Source: Candidatus Omnitrophota bacterium (GTDB lineage Bacteria; Omnitrophota; Gorgyraeia; Zapsychrales; Zapsychraceae). From it: 64,000 bases of DNA. Numbering within the stretch: position 1 is the stretch's first letter; each line of letters starts with the position of its first letter. A program made the translations under genes and the position numbers. Positions 29,548 through 40,498 of this stretch are shown here, piece after piece. Where the stretch lies: contig JAIORP010000135.1 of the NCBI GenBank assembly GCA_021108075.1, positions 23,938 through 87,937 on the forward strand, written 5' to 3'. The notes under the pieces were generated by a model that saw only the letters and a list, made by a program, of their open reading frames with translations, did not search any database and was not told where the DNA came from.

Positions 29548-29940
29548 GTGAAAGTAGCGGATTTAATGTTATCCGATTATGCAACTGTTAACGATAAAGG
29601 GAAATACACCCTCGTCGGAGCTGGTTTCACAGAAATTCTGACAAAAAAAGTGCCTTTCCGTTATCCGTTAATGTTCATTTTTATTCGTTTACGAATAACT
29701 TCAAAAGACATCGGACGCAATCGAATCCGTGTCCAAATCGTGGGGGAAAAAGGTGCCATTTTTAAAGCCGATATTAACATTGACATCGCCAAAAATCACA
29801 CTGGGGTTCGGTTTATCCCAATCCCAACCCAAATTTCAAACTTAAGGTTTCCAAATGTAGGCTCATATGACATTGAGGTCTGTATTAACGGAGAACTTAA
29901 AGAATGTCAGTCCTTAAGAATTATCCTCAAGAATAATTAA
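29548..29940 (+). CDS. Conserved hypothetical beta-sandwich protein (DUF6941-like)
   Basis: L.DYA....GK..LVG.F...F...G.Y...V.ING pattern; AAGGGAG RBS. Confidence 0.65.
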   Translation: MKVADLMLSDYATVNDKGKYTLVGAGFTEILTKKVPFRYPLMFIFIRLRITSKDIGRNRIRVQIVGEKGAIFKADINIDIAKNHTGVRFIPIPTQISNLRFPNVGSYDIEVCINGELKECQSLRIILKNN

Positions 29941-29968
29941 TCCAGAAATCACTGAAGGAAAGGTCATT

Positions 29969-30748
29969 ATGCAATTGAAACACCCACTTGTTGTCCTTGA
30001 TCTTGAGACAACGGGAACATGGATTGAAAAAGATAAAATCATTGAGATCGCCATGATAAAATGTTTTCCAGATGGACAACAACTTGATTACGTTAAAAGA
30101 ATAAATCCAGGTATCCCTATCCCCAAACAGGTATCGGATCTGGTAGGAATTACCGATAGCGACGTGTATGACGCTCCGCCGTTTAATAATTTAGCCCGAG
30201 AGATCCTTGATTTTATTGACGATTCAGACTTAGCGGGTTTTAATGTCATCCGGTTTGACCTCCCGGTCTTAGAACGAGAATTTTCTGTTTGTAACATGAA
30301 ATTTTATTGGAGAGACAGAAAAATTTATGATGCGCAAAAAGTTTTTCATCTAAAAGAAAAACGGGACTTAACGGCCGCCTATAAATTTTATTGCCGGAAA
30401 GACCTGGTTGGGGCGCATTCGGCTTTGGTGGATACTCAAGCCACATTAGAGGTACTTAAAGAGCAGACGATGCTCTATTCCGATGATAAAGGTGTTCAAG
30501 AATTGTTAAAGTTCGAGTATCAGACGACCGATGATTTCTATGATCACGAAAGAAGATTTCGATGGTGGAACGGCGAATTATATATGACATTCGGTAAACA
30601 CGCGAGAAAATCTTCTTTACAAGATGTCGCAAAAAAAGACCGCAAATATTTAGACTGGATATTATCAGCAAATTTTAATCCTGAGGTCAAATCGATTGTC
30701 TCAAATGCGCTCAACGGCTATTTCCCGGTGAAGGATAAAAAAGACTAA
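29969..30748 (+). CDS. DEDDh 3'-5' exonuclease (DnaQ-like)
   Basis: VLDLETTG, AGFN..RFD, AHSALVDT; C-terminal FGKH...YLDW domain. Confidence 0.9.
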   Translation: MQLKHPLVVLDLETTGTWIEKDKIIEIAMIKCFPDGQQLDYVKRINPGIPIPKQVSDLVGITDSDVYDAPPFNNLAREILDFIDDSDLAGFNVIRFDLPVLEREFSVCNMKFYWRDRKIYDAQKVFHLKEKRDLTAAYKFYCRKDLVGAHSALVDTQATLEVLKEQTMLYSDDKGVQELLKFEYQTTDDFYDHERRFRWWNGELYMTFGKHARKSSLQDVAKKDRKYLDWILSANFNPEVKSIVSNALNGYFPVKDKKD

Positions 30749-30764
30749 AATTGAAAAACTTATT

Positions 30765-31268
30765 ATGATTGACTGGACCCTTGTTGATTTACTCGGACGT
30801 TTCATCTTAATTAATATTGTTCCTTTTGTCTTTTTTTTTCAATTAATTATGAAAAGACGCGAGCAATGGTTAGGGTCAAAGCATAGTGAGATTATCTTAG
30901 TCGCAGGCGAACTCCAGACTGTTGGTTTTTTAGGATACTATATTATTTTATCTATTTTTTTCTACTCGATACCGGTACTAAAATATATCAATAAAGATGA
31001 ATTTTATATTTTCTTAATCGAACCTGAAGATTACACAGTCGCCACGATTGCCATTATCTCGTTTACTTTGGTCGTCTGCGCAATCTTTATGCGACATCGA
31101 TTCTTATGGGCTTACCGCTTAGCTGTTGTTATCATCAATTTGTTGCTGATCTATTCATTTTTTCATATTCTAGAAATTGGACCGGTTTGTATCGTACCTA
31201 TTATTGTGTTTGGATACTTATTGTATCGATTAACCAAACCCACATTTTTAAAGGAATTATTAGAATAA
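30765..31268 (+). CDS. Integral membrane hypothetical protein
   Basis: About five hydrophobic segments. Confidence 0.65.
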   Translation: MIDWTLVDLLGRFILINIVPFVFFFQLIMKRREQWLGSKHSEIILVAGELQTVGFLGYYIILSIFFYSIPVLKYINKDEFYIFLIEPEDYTVATIAIISFTLVVCAIFMRHRFLWAYRLAVVIINLLLIYSFFHILEIGPVCIVPIIVFGYLLYRLTKPTFLKELLE

Positions 31269-31294
31269 TTAATTTTATTCAATAGGTTAATGCC

Positions 31295-32206
31295 ATGAAT
31301 ATCGACGAAACCTGCTATAAGAAAATCCATGTGGTCATCAATCCCACCTCTGGAAGTCCTCGTCCGGTCTTACGCACAATTAATGATGTCTTTCATCCAC
31401 TGAATATTGATTGGTCGGTATCCATCACCAAAAACCCTGGTGATGCGCATCTTTTTGCTGAAAAAGCGCTTGAGACAGATATTGATTGTCTCGCCGTATG
31501 CGGAGGAGACGGAACCATTTCTGAAGCGGCCACAAGCCTTATTGGCTCAGACATCCCCTTGGCCATTCTACCTGGCGGCACGGCTAATATCATGTCCGTT
31601 GAATTAGGCATTCCCAACGATTTGAGTCGTGCCTGTAAACTCATCCTAAATAAAAGGCAATATATTAAAAAAATTGATGTCGGACAGGTCGGGGACAAGC
31701 ATTTTATTCTCCGTGTGAGTGCAGGATTTGAAGCCGAAGTCGTTCGGATAACAGGTAAAAAACTTAAATCTAATGTCGGACTCCTGGCTTATGCTTTATC
31801 TGGTTTTGGAGCTCTGCTCAAAACAAAGTCAACTCATTACAACATAACCATCGACGGCAAGAAAATCGAATGCTACGGCTTATCTTATGTCATTGCTAAC
31901 AGCGGGAACCTTGGAATACCCGGAGTCACGCTCTCGCCTAAAATCAATCTTTGTGACGGGCTTCTTGATCTGATCATCATCAGGGCAGGAGACCTCAAAA
32001 CGTTGTTTTATTTGGGATCACACCCGCATCCCGGAGATATCATCGCCGAATTCTTTCAGCATTGGCAGGCAAAAGACATTCAGATTGAGGCTCAACCCGC
32101 GCATCATGTCCAAAAGGATGGTGAGATGTGGGGGAAACGGACCGTATCCGCAAAAGTCATTCCGCAGGCCCTGAGCATCATCACTCCACCTAAAAAATCC
32201 AGGTAG
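31295..32206 (+). CDS. Diacylglycerol kinase-family lipid kinase (YegS/DgkB-like)
   Basis: VINPTSG, CGGDGT, LPGGTAN, DGLLDL, QKDGE. Confidence 0.92.
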   Translation: MNIDETCYKKIHVVINPTSGSPRPVLRTINDVFHPLNIDWSVSITKNPGDAHLFAEKALETDIDCLAVCGGDGTISEAATSLIGSDIPLAILPGGTANIMSVELGIPNDLSRACKLILNKRQYIKKIDVGQVGDKHFILRVSAGFEAEVVRITGKKLKSNVGLLAYALSGFGALLKTKSTHYNITIDGKKIECYGLSYVIANSGNLGIPGVTLSPKINLCDGLLDLIIIRAGDLKTLFYLGSHPHPGDIIAEFFQHWQAKDIQIEAQPAHHVQKDGEMWGKRTVSAKVIPQALSIITPPKKSR

Positions 32207-32215
32207 GATACATTT

Positions 32216-32983
32216 TTAAACAAAGGAAGCTATCAGTTCAAATATATAACCTACGGCTTCCGGCTTCTTTTCCACTAAAGCAGAAGAGACAGAATAAAAC
32301 GGTTTCTCTTGGACAATATCACTAATAAACATTAGCCCGACAGCTTTTTTTCCAATATGCGTTGCCGAGGCATAAAATGACGCACATTCCATATCCAGGA
32401 CTTGAATCTGATGATCCTTAAAAAAGGAGAGATAGTCTTCCTCTAAAATCAAAGAGGCGAAAGACGCACCCTTAACAGAATGGATCCATTGACGTTGTGT
32501 TTTGTCCCGGTCTCTGACTTGATCGGCTAGGAAAGGATCCGGTCTTGTCAGACTGATTGGGGGATCAGATTCCAGCCCTAAAACGATAGAAAGACTATCT
32601 AAGGATAATTGCTGGTCAGGAAGAACGATCGAACAAAGATCTAAGACCTTGGATGGAAAAGACAATCCCGCAGATCCGACAAAAAAAAGTGATGTGACAG
32701 GAGAATGCCGCAAGGATAAGACAGCGTCTGCGACAAAAATTGACCCAATGAAAGTCTGGATAACCGTCATCCCCTGACATTGGTAAGCCATCCCCAACTT
32801 CCCTTGAGATTTGCTTTTAACAACATCCTTATCGCCTGACTGAGATAAACCTAAACGGAGAGGGGAAATCAGGCAGACCTCTTTGATGTCGGCTTCTGAA
32901 ATCCCATAAAAATATTGACAATAATCCATCATCATTTCACTTGTAATTGTATTGAAATTATACCTAAAATTATCTATTGACAA
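32216..32983 (-). CDS. Nucleoside phosphorylase-family protein
   Basis: FVGSAG, VLDMECAS, LMFISD motifs. Confidence 0.7.
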   Translation of the reverse strand: MSIDNFRYNFNTITSEMMMDYCQYFYGISEADIKEVCLISPLRLGLSQSGDKDVVKSKSQGKLGMAYQCQGMTVIQTFIGSIFVADAVLSLRHSPVTSLFFVGSAGLSFPSKVLDLCSIVLPDQQLSLDSLSIVLGLESDPPISLTRPDPFLADQVRDRDKTQRQWIHSVKGASFASLILEEDYLSFFKDHQIQVLDMECASFYASATHIGKKAVGLMFISDIVQEKPFYSVSSALVEKKPEAVGYIFELIASFV

Positions 32984-33150
32984 ACCTATTAAGTTTATAC
33001 ACTAAACCATATTTAAACAAGACAAAAAATATAAAATCGTTCTCATTTTTTTGAACAACGGTGCTAAAATATTTTTGTTGATATATTTGCTATTAATTGG
33101 ATATCCATATATATATATAGTATGCAATTTCCTGATAGGAGAAGGAATGA

Positions 33151-34026
33151 ATGAAAAAGATACTGATCAAATTTAGTGATTTCTCTCAACCATTTCTATT
33201 TATCTTATGTTTATTATTAACACTCGTCATCGGAAGTATCCGCTATCTCACAGGTACTGAATGGGAATTTTCCCTATTTTACTTATTCCCTATCTGTATT
33301 GCGACCTGGTTCATTACCCGTTGGGCCGGGGTTGTCCTCTCTATAACAAGTGCGTTATCCTGGTTCGTTGCTGATATGTTTCTTATCAATAGGTTTTCCC
33401 ATTACCTGGTTCCCTGTATCAATGAATTACTTCGTTCCATTGTCTTTCTGGCTGCAACCTTCACCCTGTCAGAATTAAAAAATCTCATATTCCGGCAAGA
33501 AAAACTGGCATTAACAGATACCCTGACAGGTATTGCGAATAGACGGGCTTTCTTTAAATATGCAGAGATAGAACTTATGCGCGCCCAAAGATTTGAACGC
33601 CCCTTTACGATCGCGTATATGGATATCGATAATTTTAAATCAATAAATGACAAATGCGGCCATAATATCGGAGATGTCCTGTTGCGTTCAATTGGTGGAA
33701 CATTAAAGCGGGCCATTCGAAACGTGGACATTGTCGCGCGCATAGGCGGAGATGAATTTGTGCTATTTTTGCCGGAAACGGATGAAAAAGTGGCCTGCGC
33801 GATCATCAGACGAATAGATAAAAAATTAAATGATTTTGTTCACATGCATGAGTGGCCCATTTCGTTCAGTTTCGGAGTTGTGACATTCAGCAATATTCCT
33901 AAAAACATCGATGACATCATAAACAAAGCCGATCAATTACTACTAGAGGCTAAAAAAATGGGTAAGGCTAAAATCCGTCACAAAATTATTACTGATGTCA
34001 TCGGCATTGAAAAAAATCATAAATAA
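33151..34026 (+). CDS. Membrane-bound diguanylate cyclase
   Basis: N-terminal TM segments; TDTLTG.ANRR, DIDNFKSIND..GH, ARIGGDEF. Confidence 0.93.
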   Translation: MKKILIKFSDFSQPFLFILCLLLTLVIGSIRYLTGTEWEFSLFYLFPICIATWFITRWAGVVLSITSALSWFVADMFLINRFSHYLVPCINELLRSIVFLAATFTLSELKNLIFRQEKLALTDTLTGIANRRAFFKYAEIELMRAQRFERPFTIAYMDIDNFKSINDKCGHNIGDVLLRSIGGTLKRAIRNVDIVARIGGDEFVLFLPETDEKVACAIIRRIDKKLNDFVHMHEWPISFSFGVVTFSNIPKNIDDIINKADQLLLEAKKMGKAKIRHKIITDVIGIEKNHK

Positions 34027-34028
34027 TT

Positions 34029-34973
34029 ATGAAACTATCTCCTTTTGATACGACTACGGATTCTTCGGCATTGATATGCCTCGGCAGTTGGGTCTTCGGC
34101 GGACAATTCTGGCAGGGGAATAAAGAAATCGACAGTTTCAATGTTTTATCAGAAGCTCCTGATCTTGGTATCAATGTCATCGATACAGCGCCCATATATG
34201 GAAATGGTCAGGCAGAACGAATCATTGGTAAATACCTTAAAAAAAACCGTTCAAAATACTTTGTCGCAACCAAATGCGGCCTCATAAAAAACCAACGTCA
34301 AGTCTCACATAACCTATCAGCCAACTCTATTCACAAAGAAATCAACGATAGTCTGCAACGACTATGCACAGACCATGTTGACCTTTATCAATGTCACTGG
34401 CCTGATCCTCAAACTCCAATTGAAGAAACCTTAAACGCTCTTTTGCAATTAAAGAGGGAAGGTAAAATAAGACACATTGGTCTTTCAAACTACGATAAAC
34501 AAGAACTGACAAAGGCTTTGGAAATAACCGGGGATATTGTAAGCCTTCAAAGTCCTTATTCATTCTTAAATCGATCTATTGAAAAGAAAATTATGCCCTT
34601 AGTTCAAAACCGGCAGCTGAATCTTATGATTTATGGCGCTTTGGCTGGAGGAATTTTGACGGGAAAATACCGGGAATCCCCGCAATTTAATGGACCGGAT
34701 GCACGCAATTTCTTTTATAAATATTACGACACGGATAGCCATCGTATTATTACGGACTTCCTCAAAAAAATCGAGACAATCCAAAAACCCTTAAATCAAA
34801 TTGCTATCAATTGGGTCAGACAGAACCCGACGGTCAAAACCGTTATCTTAGGCTGCCGAAACCTGGACCAATTAAAATCAAATGCTGCCGCTCTTCAATG
34901 GGAATTATCCTGTGAAGAAATAAGTCTGATCAATAAAAATCTCCCGTTTTTGGATAACCTACAGCCTAATTGA
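34029..34973 (+). CDS. Aldo/keto reductase
   Basis: IDTAPIYG.G.AE, VATKCG, DLYQCHWPD, IGLSN. Confidence 0.92.
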   Translation: MKLSPFDTTTDSSALICLGSWVFGGQFWQGNKEIDSFNVLSEAPDLGINVIDTAPIYGNGQAERIIGKYLKKNRSKYFVATKCGLIKNQRQVSHNLSANSIHKEINDSLQRLCTDHVDLYQCHWPDPQTPIEETLNALLQLKREGKIRHIGLSNYDKQELTKALEITGDIVSLQSPYSFLNRSIEKKIMPLVQNRQLNLMIYGALAGGILTGKYRESPQFNGPDARNFFYKYYDTDSHRIITDFLKKIETIQKPLNQIAINWVRQNPTVKTVILGCRNLDQLKSNAAALQWELSCEEISLINKNLPFLDNLQPN

Positions 34974-36322
34974 CGGTCACTATGAATTTGTCTGAAATTG
35001 AAATTTTCACGGCTCATACCTACCCCCGTTTTGGTCAAAACAAAAAAAACGAAATCGTTCGTTTATTATATGAAACCATAAAACGTGAAAAATGTTCTCT
35101 CAAAGAAATAATACCCGTTCTTCCTCAGACCAAACACTTTTCAACAATCAAAAACTTTTTGTTGAAAATCAGATATCCCCACCTATCAAAAAAAGAACGC
35201 TTCACGAATGTCTTGTTAACACCTATCAAAATGCACCCGGAATACGTGTTCAAACCTCATCCGTATTTTCATTTCACGCCTAATCATATTTATATTGAAA
35301 AAGCCGTTATTCGATCATCCCTAAGCTTACGTGTTCAATCTTTATTTCCTCATGCTGAGGCGCATGAAATCACAACCTATAAAGACCACGTCTCCAAACA
35401 AGCATATTCAGTCCTTAATTATAATAAACGCAGAGAAGATATTTTCATTATTAAAGAAAACTTCTCTTATCATCTAAACTGCCCATGCTCCACTGATGCG
35501 GTATGTTGCCAATATGACATACTTAATATCGGGTATGGTTGCCCTTACGATTGCAGTTATTGCTTTCTGCAGGGATATACAAATTCCCCGGGCATCCTGC
35601 TTCCAGCGAATATTCATGCGTTCTTTAATGAGCTCAATATGATTCGAGGTTATCGGCGTTTTGGATCCGGGCAATTCACCGATTCACTCGCCCTTGACCA
35701 TATCTCATCTTATAGCCAAGATATCATTGATTATTTCAAGAACAAACCGGAATTCATCTTCGAATTCAAAACAAAAAGTGATAATGTCAATCTGCTTCTA
35801 AAAAAACAACCGTCTAAAAATATCATTGTTTCCTGGAGCCTTAATCCAGAAAACATCATCAATCAAAGTGAATGGTACACTGCCCCATTGAAGAATCGCT
35901 TCTCAGCCGCTCAAGCCTGCCAGGAAAAGGGGTACGGACTTGGATTTCATTTTGACCCCATTATTCACTACCCGAACTGGGATCGTGACTACCACGAAGT
36001 CATTCAATTATTAAGTGAAAAAATTGACCCGGAACAAATCCGCTGGATTAGTCTAGGTTGCCTGCGCATGCCTGTTAAATTAAAATCCGTGATCGAGAAT
36101 CGATTTCCTCAAGACCCAATTTTAAATGGGGAACTCCTCACCGATTTTGATGAAAAATTAAGATATCACCCCCGTTTAAGAAAAATGATTTATGAAAAAA
36201 TGGTTATTTGGTTAAAAAACCTTTTGCCTGATGTTAAAATATATTTATGTATGGAAAGCCATCAAATGTACAAAGAATGCGGTATTCCATTACCTGAAAA
36301 TTTATACTTTTTTCTCAGGTAA
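34970..36322 (+). CDS. Spore photoproduct lyase-like radical SAM protein
   Basis: CPYDCSYCFLQ, GSGQFTDSLALD, FEFKTKS, SWSLNP, GFHFDPII, YLCME; start possibly ATG 34982. Confidence 0.85.
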   Translation: MTVTMNLSEIEIFTAHTYPRFGQNKKNEIVRLLYETIKREKCSLKEIIPVLPQTKHFSTIKNFLLKIRYPHLSKKERFTNVLLTPIKMHPEYVFKPHPYFHFTPNHIYIEKAVIRSSLSLRVQSLFPHAEAHEITTYKDHVSKQAYSVLNYNKRREDIFIIKENFSYHLNCPCSTDAVCCQYDILNIGYGCPYDCSYCFLQGYTNSPGILLPANIHAFFNELNMIRGYRRFGSGQFTDSLALDHISSYSQDIIDYFKNKPEFIFEFKTKSDNVNLLLKKQPSKNIIVSWSLNPENIINQSEWYTAPLKNRFSAAQACQEKGYGLGFHFDPIIHYPNWDRDYHEVIQLLSEKIDPEQIRWISLGCLRMPVKLKSVIENRFPQDPILNGELLTDFDEKLRYHPRLRKMIYEKMVIWLKNLLPDVKIYLCMESHQMYKECGIPLPENLYFFLR

Positions 36323-36468
36323 AATCTATTGCGTATCTCCCATTAAACCAATAATAAAAATCATTGCAGTTTACGGAACTTATGCCTATAATTTTAATGC
36401 TTTTCGATATTAACTTTGTTAATCGACCCAATTAAAAAATAACAAATTGACCAATAATTGAGGAATGT

Positions 36469-36975
36469 ATGTCTTTAAACTATTATAAAAGTGACGAAGA
36501 TAACACGCATCAAAAGCTCCGCCTCAAACCTTTTATTATCTTTTGGCTTTTATTAGTGACCCTTCCGTTTATATACGACCTTGTTGTTATCGGACCCGAA
36601 TTAATTTACGATACTCTTAAAACATGCCAGGCTGTTTATGTCGTGTTCATATTCTTCTGCATCTTCGGATTTCTCTTAAGAAAAGATTGGGGGCGCAGGC
36701 AAATTCGGTCAATCTTTTTTGTGCACCTCATTTTCATTTTGTACAGCATCTTTTATATCAGTCAAATCCCATACGTTTACGGGTTAAAAACATTATCTTT
36801 TTTTGAAGAAATGGAGACGGACAAGATCAAACAGATTGTTGTAACCGTCTCTATCATTGCTGTTGCATTTCCATTCTATATCGTTTTTTATTTAAGTCAT
36901 CCGAATGTCCGAAGATACTTTCAAGAAAAACCAAAAAAGAAAGAGGAAGGGGAAGACGAGGAAGAGGAGAATTAA
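36469..36975 (+). CDS. Membrane hypothetical protein
   Basis: Four TM segments, W.R..I motif, YL..PNVR.YF and an acidic tail. Confidence 0.65.
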   Translation: MSLNYYKSDEDNTHQKLRLKPFIIFWLLLVTLPFIYDLVVIGPELIYDTLKTCQAVYVVFIFFCIFGFLLRKDWGRRQIRSIFFVHLIFILYSIFYISQIPYVYGLKTLSFFEEMETDKIKQIVVTVSIIAVAFPFYIVFYLSHPNVRRYFQEKPKKKEEGEDEEEEN

Positions 36976-37030
36976 ACAAAGGACTAATATCATGAATATT
37001 CCGATATCGACAATTAAGCGGGAGGAAAAT

Positions 37031-37423
37031 ATGCCATCTTTATTCACAAAAATAATCAACGGGGAAATTCCTTGCCATAAAATTTATGAAGATGATCAAT
37101 GTTTAGCCTTTTTAGATATCCGGCCGATAAAGGAAGGGCACACATTAGTCATCCCCAAGAAGGAAATTGATTATATCTTTGACTTAGAAGATCCTGATCT
37201 CGCGAACTTAATGTTGTGTGCAAAAAAGATCGCTTCCGCGATAAAACAAACAATTGAATGTGACCGCATCGGAATTATGGTCGCTGGCCTGGAAGTTCCG
37301 CATACCCACGTTCATCTTATTCCCATCAAATCTGTTAGTGACCTGAATTTTTCATTAGCTGAGAATGCTGATAACGAAAATTTAGCTCAGACAGCTCAAA
37401 AAATTCGCAATAATTTTAGTTGA
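37031..37423 (+). CDS. HIT-family nucleotide hydrolase
   Basis: SLFTKIINGEIP, GHTLVIPK, HTHVHLIP; start at ATG 37031 after GGAGG. Confidence 0.93.
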   Translation: MPSLFTKIINGEIPCHKIYEDDQCLAFLDIRPIKEGHTLVIPKKEIDYIFDLEDPDLANLMLCAKKIASAIKQTIECDRIGIMVAGLEVPHTHVHLIPIKSVSDLNFSLAENADNENLAQTAQKIRNNFS

Positions 37424-37573
37424 GGCGCGGGGATTGACACTCTTCAGGAATATAAATAGACCTGAGATACTATCCCTTAAATAAAAGACTCCGCATGCAA
37501 AAAAGTATATTTTATATTGCCTCCTTGCTGTTTCGTCCATATAATGAAAGAAAATAAAAACCATGGGGGTCAT

Positions 37574-38713
37574 ATGAATACCAAATTACTCAAACTTACA
37601 CTTAACTTTCTTTTTATATCGCTAGCCGTGCAAATAAACCTAACAACACTGCAAGCCCAACAAAACTTGCCAAATGATGAGCGAATGTCCATCATTGATC
37701 GGGAAATGCATTGCATCCAAGAAAAAATAAATAAGCAGGAAGATCTGCAATGGAGCGATGTTTGCTACACAAACAACCTCAATGCCCAAACCGAAAATGA
37801 TAAAAACGCATATCAACAAAATGTTTCCACCCACATCGAAGAGAGCATCCAATTAGCTCAAGCGACAGGTACTGCCCTCATTTTTACTGAAGAGGATATT
37901 GATACAATTCCCATGGCCGACTTCTCGCAAAAAGAAAATATCATTGAAATCGGTTTTGAAGGCTCTAAGTTTGACTATGAAGAACCCGGGTTAATGACTG
38001 ACAAAGGAAATATGTACGGCATTTTCATCAATTACACCCACCGCTCCAGAAAAAACAAACAAATTAATCATATTAAACAAATCTTTCACGACACCCAGAA
38101 AATTAATGTCTATAAACTCGAAGGTAAATTCAGTGGCGGAGAACTTGACTATGACTCACAGGGAACAGGTTCAAGCACGGGGGCTAAAAATTACATTTTT
38201 GAGGTACGTGGCATGGTCGGATACGACCTTAATTTTAGTGATCGGACGCGATTCACACCCTATATGGGAGTAGGATACCGTTATCTTAAAGATGATGGTG
38301 GCGGAGAGACCACAACCACCGGACATTGGTCCTATGACCGTGAAGCTAATTACTTTTACGCACCGATCGGTGTTGAAGCACATCGCGTTCTTACCCCGGG
38401 ATGGATTTTAGATGTCGTCCTGGAATATAATTGGTTTATCAGTGGTAAACAAAAAAGTCATCTCGGTGATGTCAGTACCAGCTATGAAACACTGACAAAT
38501 GACCAAAGCAGGGGATACGGCCTGCGCGGATCTTTTAAAATAACAAAAGAAATGGAAGGAATGAATTTCTTTATTGAACCATTCTTTCGCTATTGGAATA
38601 TCGAAGATTCAGAGGTCAGCCCTGTCGTTTACAGCGGGGTCGTCGTAGGTGCGGGATTAGAGCCGGAAAACAATTCCACTGAATGCGGAGTAAAATTTGG
38701 AGTCCAGTTTTAG
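37574..38713 (+). CDS. Outer-membrane beta-barrel protein
   Basis: Signal peptide, alternating beta strands (TPYMGVGYRYL, IEPFFRYW), C-terminal GVQF. Confidence 0.8.
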   Translation: MNTKLLKLTLNFLFISLAVQINLTTLQAQQNLPNDERMSIIDREMHCIQEKINKQEDLQWSDVCYTNNLNAQTENDKNAYQQNVSTHIEESIQLAQATGTALIFTEEDIDTIPMADFSQKENIIEIGFEGSKFDYEEPGLMTDKGNMYGIFINYTHRSRKNKQINHIKQIFHDTQKINVYKLEGKFSGGELDYDSQGTGSSTGAKNYIFEVRGMVGYDLNFSDRTRFTPYMGVGYRYLKDDGGGETTTTGHWSYDREANYFYAPIGVEAHRVLTPGWILDVVLEYNWFISGKQKSHLGDVSTSYETLTNDQSRGYGLRGSFKITKEMEGMNFFIEPFFRYWNIEDSEVSPVVYSGVVVGAGLEPENNSTECGVKFGVQF

Positions 38714-38769
38714 GCCTCTCAGGCACTTGTCATCTTATGTTGTTTATTTATCAAAAAGATTAAAAATAG

Positions 38770-39966
38770 ATGGTTGATCAATTCGCAATCCAATATCAGA
38801 GTCCTTTACGTGTCCTTGTCGTTGAAGACAATCCCGTTGATCTAACAGTCATCAAATCCATGTTAACGGGAACAACCGACAATTACACATTCCTGAAGAC
38901 AGCGTCCACGATCAAAACCGCACTTGAAATTATTGAAGAGTACCCTATCGATGTTGTCATCCTCGATCTCAACCTTCCGGATAGTCAAGGAGAAAAAACA
39001 CTGCAAACCGTTCATAACCGCTTCAATGACCTGACCATTGTTGTCAACACCGGGGCTTACGAGGAAGAACTCGGTTTGCACACATTGAGCAACGGGGCGC
39101 AAGATTTTCTTGTCAAAGGAAGGTATACCGCTTACACCCTGAACAAAGTCCTCCATTTTGCCATAAAACGCAAAAAACTTGAGACAGAACTGACCAGGAC
39201 CGTACAACAAGTCAAAGATGCCCAAGAACAACTCCTTCAAGCAGAAAAAATGAATGTGGTCGGCATACTCGCTAGTGGAATAGCCCATGAAGTACGAAAC
39301 CCATTAGCAACGATCTTATATGGGATCACCTACCTTCATGAAAATATCCGGGTCGAAGATAAAAATTATCACCATGTCCTGAAGAATATTAAAGAAGCGA
39401 CAAAACGGGCCAATGATATTATTTCTGACTTGCTTGATTTCTCAAAATTTAAAAAACTGCAACTCGATGAGACAAATATACATCACGTTATTAAAAAAGC
39501 GTTATCATTGATCCAATATGAAATTGATAAAAAAACTCTTCAAATCGTCAATGACTTCCAAAACAGCATCCCACCTATTAAAATTGATCAAAACCGCATT
39601 GAACAGGTTATCGTCAACCTTTTGCTCAATGCCATTCATGCGACGGAAGAGGGCAAAATTTCGATCAGGACTTACACACGCACACTATCAAATGATTTAA
39701 CGGAAATACCTCAAATATCCAGAAAAAATTTCACCCCAGGACAACAAGCTCTGTTTTGCTCGATAGATGATTCCGGCAGCGGGATTCCAGCAGAAGACAT
39801 CGATCAGGTTTTCTATCCGTTTTTCACTTCCCGCCGAGCTAAAGGCGGAATTGGTCTAGGGCTATACGTCGCTCGAAACATTATTGATATTCACAAAGGT
39901 GCCTTAATCTTAAAAAATAACGAGGATAAGGGAGCCCAAGCCATAGTTGTATTACCATATCGTTAA
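38770..39966 (+). CDS. REC-histidine kinase
   Basis: N-terminal REC (VVEDN, ILDLNLPD), H-box GIAHEVRNPL, DSGSGI, GIGLGL. Confidence 0.92.
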   Translation: MVDQFAIQYQSPLRVLVVEDNPVDLTVIKSMLTGTTDNYTFLKTASTIKTALEIIEEYPIDVVILDLNLPDSQGEKTLQTVHNRFNDLTIVVNTGAYEEELGLHTLSNGAQDFLVKGRYTAYTLNKVLHFAIKRKKLETELTRTVQQVKDAQEQLLQAEKMNVVGILASGIAHEVRNPLATILYGITYLHENIRVEDKNYHHVLKNIKEATKRANDIISDLLDFSKFKKLQLDETNIHHVIKKALSLIQYEIDKKTLQIVNDFQNSIPPIKIDQNRIEQVIVNLLLNAIHATEEGKISIRTYTRTLSNDLTEIPQISRKNFTPGQQALFCSIDDSGSGIPAEDIDQVFYPFFTSRRAKGGIGLGLYVARNIIDIHKGALILKNNEDKGAQAIVVLPYR

Positions 39967-39984
39967 TCTAAGGGAGTTTAAGTC

Positions 39985-40368
39985 ATGAAAAAAAAAATTT
40001 TATTAATTGATGATGAAGCGGCTTTTACTTCAATGTTGAAACTATTCTTAGAATCAACGGGTGAATATAATGTGGCGGTTGAAAACAATCCACACAGAGC
40101 TGTTAATGCGGCAGAAATACATACACCTCATCTCATTTTACTAGATGTCATTATGCCGGAGCTTGAAGGATCGGATGTTGCGGATCGCATACGTCAACAT
40201 CCAAACCTGAATAAAACACCAATTATCTTTTTAACAGCAACGATACGGGAGGATGAAATGCAAGAATCGCAGGGAGTTATCGCCGACCAACAATTTATTG
40301 CCAAATTAAGCAATACAGACTTTCTCATTGATTCCATAGAAAAAAAAATCGCCTTAACACATTCATGA
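39985..40368 (+). CDS. Single-domain response regulator
   Basis: ILLIDDE, ILLDVIMP, IIFLTA, FIAK. Confidence 0.9.
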   Translation: MKKKILLIDDEAAFTSMLKLFLESTGEYNVAVENNPHRAVNAAEIHTPHLILLDVIMPELEGSDVADRIRQHPNLNKTPIIFLTATIREDEMQESQGVIADQQFIAKLSNTDFLIDSIEKKIALTHS

Positions 40369-40498
40369 TATTTCCCGCCCAAGACCCTTCAAATTTTCAT
40401 AAAAATTGAATAATACAATAATTCCAGATATATATCTTTATTTTAAATATTAATTATAGTATGATATTTCCTCAGTGTTATAAATGAGGAACTAACAA

